Shown piece by piece: positions 40,287 through 52,816 of a DNA stretch of 64,000 nt. The position numbers and the translations under genes were made by a program. Within the stretch, counting starts at the first letter, position 1. Each line of letters starts with the position of its first letter. The notes beneath the pieces are model-generated. The model had not been told where the DNA came from. It saw nothing but the letters and a program-made list of their open reading frames with translations, and ran no database searches. Source of the DNA: Ramazzottius varieornatus (taxonomy: Eukaryota > Animalia > Tardigrada); assembly GCA_001949185.1 (NCBI GenBank), contig BDGG01000008.1:1776761-1840760 (forward strand), given 5' to 3'.

Positions 40287-41591
40287 AAGATTGTTATATC
40301 AGTGCGCGCAAACATTCACCGAGTATTCTGACGTACTACTGGTCACCGACGAGCTTTTAAACCGAGCACTGCTGAGTTGATTGACAATTTACACTGGGCT
40401 GGGTGTTAGAAGGAGCGAGATGGAAATGGCCAATGGAATTTGCGCATGCGGCGAATCAAAACCGTTATTGGTCGTAGGATAATTAAGCTCCCGTTTAATT
40501 GTCACGCCCATTATCGACGGTTAATTTTTTGGTACACTGTAGCATCAGGATACTCCCCTCCCCCGACATTAGATTTGATTGATGTGTTCGGCCACAATAC
40601 CGCTTCAGTTTGGTACTCGAGCACGCCAAAAAAACAACCAAATATTACTGTAGTGCTCATAGTTCATCGCGCACTCAACCACGTGATGAGTCATCATTAC
40701 CCCCGTGTGATCAGCTGTTTAGATTAGGTGTACACTCCCAACCGAGCATCATTTACTGATCCTGTGGTTGAGTGCACGATATCAAGACGGAAATATTACA
40801 ATCTCGACGAATGCGGAAAAAATGTTCAGTTCGCTAAAAAAACACTATCTGTATGTGTCGTATCTTTCAGCCCAGTTTGAGTTTGACTAGTCCGGTATAT
40901 GACCGTGAATCGCGCGCTGCCAGCGCCGGAATTCGAAGTACGTCATACAGGGGCTCTAACTTACCCGCTAGGTGGCAGGTATTACTAGACTGGTTCAATG
41001 CTTGTCTGGAACACACTTTTCGTAAATTTGCTGCGTCCGCGCAGTACGTATACTTACATAACGATGCACTCCCGTAGGGGGTTGCACAAGCAGTAAAGCC
41101 GGACCGGAGCTGTACTTCCCGTATACGATTAAGTGCTGGGCGGACGCAGCGAACTTTTACAATAGTTGAACCTGCACCAAAATGGACTTTTACACCTCAG
41201 TATACGAGTCAACCTGCGACTGTTACGTACTACGGTGACGTGTACGCATAACTGCGAATTAAAAAACTGTAAGGCAATAAATAACTCGTGAAGCAAAAAC
41301 TGATGGTCTTACCGCTGCCAGCCTTTCTGGAGAGCTGATTCGACACCTTTATTTTTTGAGGGCAATATCACTGGAGCTTTTGCACGTTCGAGGAACACAG
41401 ATTTGATCGAGATAACAAAATACACCGCTACAATATCTGCAGCAATCCAAGCAGTCTGTAGACAAATATTTCTCAACCTTAAATCGTACAATTCATCCAA
41501 GTATTACGTGACTCCATCTTGCTCCTTCCCGCTTTCGCTTTAATGGTTTGTGCTAGGGAATGGTAACGAAGATTTTCCGTCCACATCGTCA

Positions 41592-42635
41592 TTAACCAAA
41601 CCAGGGTTTCCTGGTCGTATCCATGACTGTACCGTCAGAGTTAAGAGCAGCTTTTTTCGCGTCTTCTTGTTTCTTGTTCTTCAGGTATCCTGCTCCGGCT
41701 CCAACAGCTGCTCCACCAGCAATACCTTGCTTTACTGAGACCTGCAACCAAAAACCGTGCTCCAAGAATATCAATCCTTTGGACCATTTTCGTATCGAGA
41801 AGAACGCAAAACTTGCAAATCCATGTATTCGAGCATCTGTACTTACCCCAGGGATAAATATGGCCGCAATACCTCCTCCAATTGCACCAAGAATACCACC
41901 GCTGACTACACCGGCACGCTTCACTCTCAGATTTTCTTCTAATTCAACCGGTACGCAACCTACGAGTAACATAAGGGATCAGACTGTGTTAAAATTACAC
42001 CCGCACCACAAAGTTTTAACACGATGAAAGATATTGATTTGCCTGATCACGATACTAAGATATACGGGTAGCTGCGGCCCATTCCCAGTGCAACCAACCT
42101 CTGACCAAAATTGTTCAGGAAATCAGTTTTAAGTTTTAGGACCCCAAGGGCAAAGTTGAATTGCCAACGCTATCTTACGCAGCAGACATCGCGGAACACG
42201 ATGGTGAAGTCCATTGGGCCGTCTGACCAGTAGTCAGATGGCTACGTTGGAAAAGTCTGAAGGGGTTAAGTATTTTTCACTCAGAAAGTTTTGAAGTTAG
42301 GATGGCGTCATGTAGCATGAAAATGCGTAGGTAGTCGTTCTGGCATACAGCCCCCTGAAAGGGGTTTCACTTAGTGATAACCCCTGAAATATTCCAGAGT
42401 GTCTTCCCAGAAGAGCGAACATTTCTCAGAGACTTTGAACCACGGCGAGGTACGGTAAACTTACCGCACGATGCCCCTTGATATTCCCAACAACTTCAAG
42501 TCAAAAACGCCACTTCGGAAGCAAAATTGATTGTACTGGGAATGGGCCGCAGCTACCCATATGATGACAGGGACACTTACTGGCTGATAAAACGAAACAA
42601 GCGAGGAAGGCTATACAGATCTGGTAGGCTTCCAT
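41592..42635 (-). CDS. Secreted glycine-zipper prepropeptide A (exons 42635-42581, 41959-41847, 41741-41592)
   Basis: Spliced: MEAYQICIAFLACFVLSASCVPVELEENLRVKR|AGVVSGGILGAIGGGIAAIFIPGVSVKQGIAGGAAVGAGAGYLKNKKQEDAKKAALNSDGTVMDTTRKPWFG*. Canonical gtaagt donors and pyrimidine-ag acceptors keep the frame. Confidence 0.8.
42065..42559. mobile_element. MITE in intron 1 of glycine-zipper gene A
   Basis: Perfect 24-bp inverted repeat GGGTAGCTGCGGCCCATTCCCAGT / ACTGGGAATGGGCCGCAGCTACCC with TA just outside each end. Confidence 0.85.
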
Positions 42636-43633
42636 GATACCGAAAAGTAAGACCGCTGAATGAATCTCACGATGAGATTTCAATAATCTATCTACACGTC
42701 ACCACGTCTATCTATCGTCACGAAATTGCAGAAGGGACTATTTTAGTTTATGAAGTGAGAGATTTAACTGTCTGAACATCAACACACGAGCTGTACAAAT
42801 GTTATTTTCTTATGTTCGCTGCGTACTCCGATCGGCAAGTTAAGACGTCACAAAGAACAATAGACAGATGGGCGGAACTATAATGAGACCTGTTTTTTTG
42901 AAGTACTTGGCTGACTCAATCGATCGCGACTTGCAGCAAAACTTAGTAAACGAGAAGCAGTTAACGAATTCAGAAGTTAACAAACACCAATTTTAGTGTA
43001 TTGATTCAGTTGCAAGTACTTTACCATGACTCACACCAGTTTCCAGGTACCTGTTGCTTCCCCATCAGGTGTCTTTCACTGCTGAACAGCAACGCAAACA
43101 GACGTAATCAGAATTTTCTTTGGCTTCCGCATGGAAGCCTGTTGAGGAAGTAAACAATACATCACTTGAAGAACCTCCTACTTCCTACTTCACCACAAAG
43201 TAAGTCTGTTTGTCAAGAAACGCTGACAGTACGTGTACCGCCTCGCCCAGTTGCACTCAATCAGAAGTTGCTGTTTTTTCACCTCGATGAATCGCAAGTC
43301 ACCTTAGTCAAGTGCACGGAAACACTCTCTGAGATCTCAAAACTCAAGTGCCTCCAAAAAGAGAATTCGAAGCAGATATGTAAATAGGTCGTAAATATTC
43401 AGTCAGCGTATTGCTCCAAGAGCGCTAGCTTTCCATGCATTCGCAAGATGAAACGGATTACAAGTCGTAAAGCTCTGAGTATGAAGGAAGGACAATGAAA
43501 ACAATTTGGCTACCGGAGAAAAAAACAAAATCCTGTTGGATAAGCCAGGACAGCGACAGGAGTGAAATTTCCGTAGGTATTACGGTTAGGTTTCTGTGTA
43601 TGCCGCCAGCCATCGATGATTTTGGCAGATGAG

Positions 43634-44273
43634 TTATCCGCCGAAGAAGCGCGAACCGCTGGACTGATAACCCTGATTACTTCCGTACATTGATGGAGAG
43701 CCTTGATAGTTACTGGCCATGGAAGGCCTGTTGTTCTTCCAAGCAGTCGAGAGGCCTCCAATTCCGGCTCCCAAGGCAGCACCTATCAAATACCAGTGTT
43801 CAATGATGCACCACGTCAATTATGCGCCACCATAAAGCGGATGAAGTTCCCTGAGCTATCAGTAAGGAACGGCTGACTTTCTGTACAACGTGTGTTTGTA
43901 AATATCCCAGAGCTTCTCTTCCTAGCCTTGAACTGTATTTGAAGTATACAACAGTACTGTACCTTGTTTCCAGGACATTCCTGGAATCATCGCACCTAGC
44001 AGTCCACCTCCAATCGCCCCTCCGCCGATACCTTGCATGTAGCTTGCTCGTTTCTCCCGGAACAAATGGACGGGCCACGCGGCGGGCGAGCAGCCTGCAA
44101 AAAAAGTCACAATCGTTTTGCTATTCGACCTTCGAAGGTCACTCTGACAACTTTCTCAGAGAGGAACCCAGAAATCCTTGTCGGAATCTCAGTGCGAGAT
44201 GCTTAATGTAACACTTACTGATTGACAAGACACATGCGGCAAGAACAAGGATGTACACATGGCAGCGAGCCAT
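43634..44273 (-). CDS. Secreted glycine-zipper prepropeptide B (exons approx 44273-44219, 44094-43963, 43782-43634)
   Basis: Spliced: MARCHVYILVLAACVLSISCSPAAWPVHLFREKR|ASYMQGIGGGAIGGGLLGAMIPGMSWKQGAALGAGIGGLSTAWKNNRPSMASNYQGSPSMYGSNQGYQSSGSRFFGG*. Confidence 0.8.
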
Positions 44274-45194
44274 TCTAGAAGTCCGAAGCCGAAAAACAGC
44301 GAAAAGTCCAACCTCAGCGGTATTGGTTTTGGGAAAGGAAGTTTTGTGTGCGGGTTGTGAACGACTTTGCTTCAATACTTGGGATCGTTTAAATATTCTC
44401 CATAGGTGGATTTTGGTGAATTTGTTTACCGTTGTTTTGAAAAGATTTCGTTCATTCGTTACTTCATCCTTGACCCTGACGACGGCTCATCAACTTCGGC
44501 AGTATACGTCAGCAAAATGGAACTAAAAGGTTGGCACTTTCCTAAGAGTACCTGTAAAGTAATCCTGAGCTTATTGTTTACCATGTAACAAACACGGCAT
44601 TGATTCGGACCAGCGCAATCGATCAGATAGCACTCAGCATTCGTCTCTAGCGAGGATAAAATACACTAGTATAGCATTTGTGTCCGGCATTCGCACTGTA
44701 TTGAGATTTCGCACAAGGATTACTCTCTGCTAATGATCTTTCCTCACAAACCTCTCGCGTTTTCTGTCGTAATGATTACCTTTGAGCTTGCTGTGGTTGT
44801 ACGTTAGGCTTGTTCCGAAACCGTAAAGCAACGCCGCTTAAGCCGGTTTCTCAGCATGACTTGCAGATGTTTGGTATTGGCATTGGCTAATAACTATTGT
44901 TGTATTATGGTCATGTGATTACCGGTAGCCAAGCACTTTCTTTATTGTGTAAATCGTGCAGTGTTTTTTGTGACTTTGTGACCCTTGAGTATGCATGGCA
45001 CGAAAGGTGTAACAAGCTTTGCAAGGAGGAACAAGCGTTTCGGAAAAAACAACTCAATCAACAGCCAAATAAAATTGCCGGGGGAAAAATCCAGCACGTA
45101 AACAAACAATCTGGCTCAGTAAAGTGTAACTGCTAAACTACATGATTTGTCATGAGCGTAAATATCAACAATTCCTTGCATTAAGATGAAGAAG

Positions 45195-45748
45195 TTAACC
45201 CATTATGCCGCTGAAAAAGCCTTTCTTTGTAGTCGCGCTTCCGTCGTCGCTGGTAGAAATTGAGGAGTCCGTCACAGCCTTGTTCTTGCTGTTCCTTCCA
45301 GCCAAGAATCCGGCACCACCACCTATTAACGCTCCGGCAGCGGCGCCCTTCTTGGCGTCAAAGTTTGGGTTGAACTTCTGTCCGAAGTGACCGATCAAGG
45401 CTCCAAGCGCTGCTCCACCGAGACCTCCAGTGATGGTCTGACTTGCCTGACGTTTTTCTCTCAGCTCCGAATCGACCGGAAAACAACCTAGAAATACGAA
45501 CAGGTCTAGTCCAATCGAAATACAGATGCCATACGAGGCCGGCAAACAATTTGGGACAATCGTCATTTCAAGTGGCGCAAGTTTTCACCAAACGACAAAG
45601 AAAACTACGCGACTCAAGACAGCAATCGTTTCGAGGTTGTTTAGCGGCCTCCCAGATGCTTTTGGATGGGGTGCGGTGAAATCTTGAACTTACTGGCAGA
45701 GATGACGAAGGTGGCAAGGAAAGCCATGCAGATCTGGAACGTATTCAT
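45195..45748 (-). CDS. Secreted glycine-zipper prepropeptide C (exons approx 45748-45694, 45487-45195)
   Basis: Spliced: MNTFQICMAFLATFVISASCFPVDSELREKR|QASQTITGGLGGAALGALIGHFGQKFNPNFDAKKGAAAGALIGGGAGFLAGRNSKNKAVTDSSISTSDDGSATTKKGFFSGIMG*. The signal exon is clearly paralogous to that of gene A. Confidence 0.82.
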
Positions 45749-46499
45749 TTTCAACGGGAAGGAGGGTGGGAAGCGGTGGTGCAAACTTGGGCAAGGTAGT
45801 CGCAACGATCGAGCAGGAACAAAGGCAGAGTAATACCGTGGTCGAGGTGAAAACTCGAGTTGCTGAATACTGAATGAGCTACGGCCACTGCATGATGAGG
45901 AAGTAAGTGTTTGTTGGCCAAATTATATATCACGAAGTGGTTTGACAAAAAACGTCTCGGCCAACCTTGGATAAACAATTCCGGTCTTGTCTTGTATTGT
46001 GCGTCACTGTCGACAGGTGAAGACGCGGAACAGGTAAGTCGACTTTCCGCTACCTAGCCTACGTACCCGCAACTACCGCGAAATGGACCCCAGTGAGTCA
46101 TGCCCACTTCAAGAACAACCGTGCGTTGGTTCGAACAATGAGATAAGTTCGTGAGAGTACGCTCCACTTTCGCGAGCTTCTAATAACTTAGCATAGCCAG
46201 CACACAGACACTCGAGAAATGGCTTTGTGGCAGAATGGCGCGCATGCATTCCAGATCTGAAGGTGGATTGATCATCGAATTTCTCTACAGTGGACAGCCG
46301 GTAGACTTGATGTTTCTTCGTTTTTACATAACCGAACTCAAAGCACAGAACTGAGTGGAGCCTTAGAAAACAATATCGAACGAAAGAAGCGTTGCGCTTC
46401 TCCAACTAGAGAAATGTGAAGAGCGCCACCTGTCGCTATCAGCCTCTGACGCGGAAATTGAGAAAGGGCTTCCGGCACCATATTATAGTAGTGTCCCTT

Positions 46500-46716
46500 T
46501 CTAGAACTGGCTAGTGGTTCTGACCATTGGAAAGGCCGAGCAAAGGAGGCAAACCATTGTAGAGCGAGCACTTTTACTTGTGACTCACAGTACGGTTCCC
46601 CAGTAAAATTTTTAATCGCCCCGATCAACTGGCGTGTCTTTTTTCAGTACTGTGTTTGCGATATCTGAAAGCTCGAAGAATCTGATCGTCCATTGAAATC
46701 TCGACAGACTTAAAAA
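46500..46716 (+). repeat. Dispersed direct repeat, second copy at about 50303-50478 (probable TE fragment)
   Basis: Shared blocks TGGTTCTGACCA(T/C)TGG(A/G)AAGGCCGAGCA and CGATATCTGAAAGCTCGAA(G/C)AATCTGATCGTCCATT(G/C)AAATCTCGACAGACTTAAAA. Confidence 0.8.
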
Positions 46717-46856
46717 ACACCGAACAATACTGACGTTGCTCACTTCTAAAGACCATACACTCGCTTTTCCTGTTGAACACCGACTTCGTGTGCGTTGTGT
46801 CCAATAGATCGTATATTCTCTCCAAATCAACTAGAAAGTTATATTCCGGATACACT

Positions 46857-47660
46857 ATGAAGACCGCGATCTTTGCACTATTTCCTAACATCGTCTCTGT
46901 CCGTAAGTAAACAACTTCACATTGCCGAATACCTTTTCAGGTGCTGTTTCCCGTCTGTCTGGCCTATGAGTCCATGAAACGCATGGCCGACGCGGCCTGT
47001 ATAAAATGTATTAAAACTGACGCACGGTGTCATGTGAAGCGATCAGTTTTGCCCTGCGATTGGCCCAAGCCAGTAACGTCACGCTGCCACTGTGGTACCT
47101 TCAATACGAGCCGCGTCGGCCTTGACGAAACAGGCTTCGTTTTCGAACATTAGTTAGTCTGTCCGTGAACCATCACGCCATCAACAAGAGGAAAAGTAAC
47201 ATCGCGGTCCTGTCCACCAGCAACGAAGCCTTACCATCAGCCGACCTCCCTGTCAACAGCGCGGGACCCACTAATGCAACCTCTGCTGTCACAAGAGGTG
47301 TTGCACCCGGTCAATCAGCCCGCTCGTCGGGACCCCTAGTTACTCCTGTCGACCAGCCCGCAGTGACGGTTGTTGCGTCCAACCCACCTGTTGTTGTGGT
47401 ACCTACTGCTGTTCTGCCTGTTGATGCTGTGCCCGTGGCACCACGCCACCCGTGATTACTTTGGCAAACGCAGCTGCCCTTCAAGACCAGGTCGACACTG
47501 CCCATGGACTGCCTGCCGCAGACTCGCGTTTGAATGTCGGAATGAACTTAGCTGCCGCTAGCGAGGCCTCCGTCGTCGACCATAACAACGCAGTCATTAA
47601 TGCGATAACCAACTCGAGACCAGCGGCAGATGCGGCACCGCCGCTGGTTATTACAGTACG
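46857..47660 (+). pseudogene. Disrupted secreted Ala/Pro/Val-rich prepropeptide gene
   Basis: ATG 46857 exon ends in gtaagt, with an acceptor at 46940. Correcting a 1-nt frameshift and removing an insertion bounded by GTCC(A/G)TGAA repeats gives MKTAIFALFLTSSLSVLFPVCLAYES(M/V)NHHAINKR|KSNIAVLSTS...PPVVVVPTAVLPVDAVPV. A second frameshift near 47450 joins the 47452 ORF. Confidence 0.55.
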
Positions 47661-47931
47661 AAAACCGGGTTCTCCTTTGAGCACATGCAATCAACTGAGC
47701 CTTTCATTCTGGTGGAACATTTCGAGCCTGTTAAGTTAGCCAAACTTTGCCGTTTATGTGCGCCACGTTCGTTATGTTATCATTCGCGTTACTTTCTCTC
47801 GATCACGTTCCCAAGTTTTAATTGTTGGGACGACAAACCAAAAAGTAAAAGGCCAGAAAAAGAAATGGATACTTTCAGCTTGATCCAAATATCAAGTACG
47901 ACGCTGCTGGAGGTGAATAAGAAATACTTCT

Positions 47932-48491
47932 TTACGCACTGGTGGCGGATCCGCTTATGGTGGGATTAACCCCAGTAGCCTCTCCAGAAGATACACGTAC
48001 CCCTGCTACAGGGACCACTACTACAGGGACAGCTGTGGCGACGTCGACGGTGGCAGGTATCACAACGGCGGGTGCGGCAGTGGCCACCACCACCACCGGC
48101 GCTCTCGGTGCATTAGTTATCCCACCAACCGGCGCACTTCGAACCCCGTTAGCAGCAGACTCCTGGTTGGACTTGTGGACCTCATGACCGATGAATCCAC
48201 CGATGATTCCACCTACCACAGTTCCAACAGGCCCCGCTACTACAGTTCCGGCCGCGGCTCCGAGAGCAGCTCCACCAAGTGTATCGCGCTTCTCGCGGAC
48301 CTCTGTCTGGGATTCCAAGCTCGATACAGGAAGACAGTCTGAAAGCGTAATATACTGTATTGGGAGCGAATCGAATCAAACTCAGAGCGTGTAGAGCGCA
48401 AATGAAGAGCGCTCCAGTACTGCGAAAATGACTCACTGCAAGTGGCGATACAGACAGCGAGAACCATCATCTTCACTTTTCCTGAACCCAT
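47932..48491 (-). CDS. Secreted glycine-zipper prepropeptide D with Val/Ala/Pro-rich tail (exons approx 48491-48437, 48338-47932)
   Basis: Spliced: MGSGKVKMMVLAVCIATCNCLPVSSLESQTEVREKR|DTLGGAALGAAAGTVVAGPVGTVVGGIIGGFIGHEVHKSNQESAANG...APVVVVATAAPAVVIPATVDVATAVPVVVVPV...SATSA*. Confidence 0.8.
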
Positions 48492-49132
48492 GCTGAAAAC
48501 AGATGTGCACTTCGGGACTTGGAAAAGAGAACTCTATTGTGAAGTGGAATAAACTACGTGAAAAAATCATAAGCTTGTCTAATTTCACTGGTGCACTATG
48601 TCGATTAAATATTTGTTGAATGTCATCTGCAGGTAAGTTCGATTCAGTTATTGCGTCATAAGTTTTGGTCTCAGTTCACATGTATGAATCTCCCGCTGGG
48701 CTCGCATTTTAATTTTTCTGTCAGCGGCTTGTGTTATCCAGTGTTACCGCGCATCAAAGGTAGCCAACTCGGCAACCCTCTCTATACTGCTATTTCCGCG
48801 TTTCCGGTGTGGTGACCGGTGTTTGTTAGCTATAGCTCGGGATATGCGACAAGACTTCCGTTGTGTTCATCTTTAATGCTGGTTATAGTGATGCTATTTT
48901 GTCGTGATCGCATTTCGCCAAGCTTCGTCATACGTCCCTTTCAACCGCAGCAAGGTGTTACAAACCCAAAGGAAACAGATGTAGAAACGGTAAAATCAAC
49001 CCACAACTTCATCCTGTTGAACGTTTCTCTCATCGTTCGGCAGCTTCATTCCCCCTATCATTGCTGGCAGCAATAAAATTACCAACCTACGGTCTGTATC
49101 TACTGACGTGCGAGCTCTCAGTCTAATAATCA

Positions 49133-49317
49133 GTACACCTACGATGAGAAATTATGGGACAGGCCTTTTCGCTATGGCGGTACGGAAGCACGTACGCACT
49201 CGACCGATTCACACTAATGTACTTTTCAACACTTTTCTACGGCTGAATTTCCATTTTGCCGTCCTTTCCACCTGTCCCATAATTTTACTGTCCCATAATT
49301 ACCCATCTTGCGTATAC
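49133..49317. mobile_element. MITE, same family as 14721-15119
   Basis: TIR-like ends GTACACCTACGATGAGAAATTATGGGACAG / CTGTCCCATAATTACCCATCTTGCGTATAC. The internal sequence aligns with the 14.7-15.1 kb copies. Confidence 0.85.
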
Positions 49318-50835
49318 TAGACAACGTAACCAGACTATCCATTTACTGTGATGCCTCGTAGATATAGCGCACCACGATGTGGCCGCGTGTGATCATCAAT
49401 TTTGTTTCGCAAACAAGGAAGTTGGCCTACAAACGACAGCAGAACGACAGTTAATTACAAATATAGCTTGGTTGTATGTACTCGCGCTTGATATTTTATG
49501 AATACCCGGCCACGGCGCTGCGGAATTAGGCGTGATAACGCCTGCAAAAGGAGCATGGAGCGATCAACTACAATATGATATTGCTCGTAGAACCGAGAAG
49601 CAGCGACTTTGATATAATACATCAAAGATAGCCGGATTTTCGTCGCATCTATCAAAAACGTGAATTCTCATTAATATGAGCGGAAACTTTCGTAATAGAG
49701 GAATACATGGAAACGATACTTGGTCAGTGAGCCCGAAATCCTACTTGAACCAAGACAACCACGATTGTATCTGAGTCCTGTCTGTAGTCGGCTCTGTTTG
49801 AATGTTCTAGACCAAAGAGCTCCAGCGAACTTAGGACTCGTGAGAAAGTCCAACGGGATATTGCGAGAAGCTGCCACTTTTGTAAGGCGGTTGACTGCGT
49901 CTGAGCAAACGAAACATGGCATTGACTTCAGCAAGTAGAAATAAGAAAGAGGGAAGCAGTGGTCGCTCTCAGTTTTGTTTGTGGGAGAATAAAGAGCCAT
50001 GATCCGACTTGAGCAGCAGCCATGGCGCTGCGCGATAGCCAATGTGACAAACAGTTGGTGCTCGTATGTGCTGCCCGTCATGCAGCCACCGGCTTGCAGT
50101 CGGGTCGGTTTATCTGAGTTAATCCGGTTTCCGCTTCGTAACGGCTCTATGGGTGCAGCGTACGTACACGCCGAGCAGGCCGCTTGAGTCGTGACGTCAG
50201 ACCCAGCATTGCCGTTCCCCAGATGTTTGTCACATTTGCGCTACGGCTGTCAATACCTGCACAGGTTTGAATGTTGGTATGACAGCATACCGGTAGAATA
50301 TCACTAGCTGATGGTTCTGACCACTGGGAAGGCCGAGCAGAAGCAAAGAAGTACAAGTTTTGCGAGTAAGAACGTTTGCTACTCAGATCAAGTTGCGCAC
50401 TTGTTTTCAGTACAGAGGTTACGATATCTGAAAGCTCGAACAATCTGATCGTCCATTCAAATCTCGACAGACTTAAAAGGGCCAGGCTTCGCTCGGCCTG
50501 ATCAGTTACAATCGCGGTCTTTTTGTTTCACCAAAGCCGAAAACACCACGTCTGACGCGGATAGACCTATTCTAATCCGGACGGTCTGATCCAGACGGAC
50601 AGGAAATCTGATCCAGACGGAAAGCTGATCCACTCGTCTGTCGTCACCTTTCGTCAAACCATCGACGGAAAGGCGGGTCAGCAACGAGCGGCTGGCAAAG
50701 CCTTTCTAACTTAGTAACAAGATGTGAGCCTACGTCAGAACGCAATAGGATAATTTACTACGACATTTCACATTTCACATTTCACGTAGAACTACATACA
50801 ACATGGTAAACTAACGCCCCATCTGTGATGAAAGA

Positions 50836-52816
50836 CTAAGATCGATAGATGAAAGATGTTCGAAACGGTTTGGGTGCATTGACTATTCTCATCAGTGTGT
50901 GCCCGGGGGTTTCAGCTCCTCCAAGTAATGGTCCTAAGGTGAAGTTCCTCGCTAGCGTAACAAAGAAGAGGAACAGTTCCATCCTTGCCAGCGATTCACC
51001 CAAGCACTGACGCTTTCCTAAAGGATATAACAATGGCTATTTTCCTCCTTTTGCAGAGCTTCGAACGAGATAATTGTGTCACGCTTAAGACCCACCTGAG
51101 CCAAATGGCATCAGCCATTCAACCTTGCTAATAAACTTTCCATCCGCATCAAGAAAACGCTCTGGCTTGAACTTCATGGGTTCCGGAAAGAGCACTGGGT
51201 CTTCGTGGACAGAAAATATCATCGGGGCAATCTTTGTATCTTTGGGAACGATGAATCCACTCAACTCCACATCTTCTACGGTTTTTCGTCCCGCAACTGG
51301 AACCAAGTTCCCCAAACGCAGAACTTCCGTTATCGTAGCTTGACAGTATGGTAGTTTTTCTGAAACCGATACTAACATGTACCAGACAAAAGTCACGAAA
51401 TCCGTTCAACTGAGCGGCGAATACAATAACGGAAATGCTTGCGTGCCCTTGATCATATGAGACACAGCGTCAATCAATGCCTTCAATATCAATACCAATG
51501 TCAATGCCAATGTCTTCAGCGTCAATAACTTCAATGGTAACCAGTGAACACGGGTACGCAAGCATTTCCGTTATTGTAAAATTGGCACCGCGAACCATGA
51601 TTCACCTTTGTCTTCCAGAACAGGAAACTGCCGATCTCCAAGGACGCTGTCGATTTCTTTTTGCACATTGGCTAGAACTTTTGGGTTTTCTATGAGATAA
51701 AGAATAGCCCAGCATAACGAAGTCGATGTCGTTTCGGTCCCCGCAGCGAAAAGATTATGGATGGACATGATAAGCTGTCGATCTGCATCAGAAAAGAAAG
51801 TCACCCTGTATGTAACTACTAAACGTAAACTGAGCTGACTTTAGACATGAACCTGTGAATGTAGAGGTAGGATCGTCCCTTTGAGTATATTGCTGTTTCA
51901 AGAACGCGTCAATGTAATCCGACGGGGCGTCAGCACTGGGTCGAAAGACCTTCCTGTGTTCGTCGACGAGGTCTTGCAAGAACCGAGCGATCTCTTCGTT
52001 GTTCTTAGTGCACTCCTTTAGCACCGTACTGAATTTCGTAAACGGGATGTGGCGCAGGAAGGGGTAGAAGTCCACTGGTTGGCCTTTTGCTGTCAGAGTA
52101 AGGTTTTTACCAATAAGTTCGGTCAACCGACGAAGCCGGGCGTCCTGGTGGCTAAACCGCTTGCCATACGCTATGCCGCAAATAACGTTGTTGGCACATG
52201 GCGTTATGACTTCAGTTGGATCGATCGGGTTTTCTTTGAGAGCTGTGAGATCGTCGACAAGCTCTCGAGCTTCGTCCAGTATCATATCTTGCAACCAGCT
52301 TTTGCCCATGCCAAAATCTCGGAGTGTGCTAAGAGCGAACCTCCGATGTTCTTTCCACAGATATCCTTCAACAAATAGTATGCCCTGTCCCCGAAAGAAC
52401 TCATCACGCGTGAAAGATTTTGGTCTTCCGGAGAACGCATCATGACCGAGTGCATGTTTGATAGTCTCGTAATCTTTGATGAATACAAACCGGTTGTCTT
52501 TTCCGGCGCCCAACTGAAGAGTCGCAACGCCATTTTTGCCATACCGGTCGACCAGCTTGGCCATATGACGCAGTCTGTCAAATCCGCTCCCTCGTAGTTG
52601 TCCCAAGTTTCCTATCAGCGGAAAGCCTACGATCGCAAAATGACTTTGGAATTCAGCTGCGTGCTTTGAAAGGAATTTAGTTGTGGTCATGAATGAATAC
52701 GTACATGCGGGACCGGGAGGAAGGTTAGACGGTTCTGCTCTTCGTCGGCGGTAGTATGCCAACAACGAAACAAAAAGTATCAGACCGAAACTCCACCATA
52801 AAGGAATTTCGATCAT
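50836..52816 (-). CDS. Cytochrome P450, CYP2 clan, multi-exon, apparently intact
   Basis: N-terminal TM anchor, [33 protein letters not shown]-helix [14 protein letters not shown]-helix EVLR, FKPERF, heme motif PFGSG|[17 protein letters not shown] split by an intron. Confidence 0.95.
51424..51576. mobile_element. Tc1/mariner-type MITE in a P450 intron
   Basis: TIR CAATAACGGAAATGCTTGCGT(G/A)CCC with TA flanks and an internal TCAATG/CCAATG hexamer-like repeat. Confidence 0.85.
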
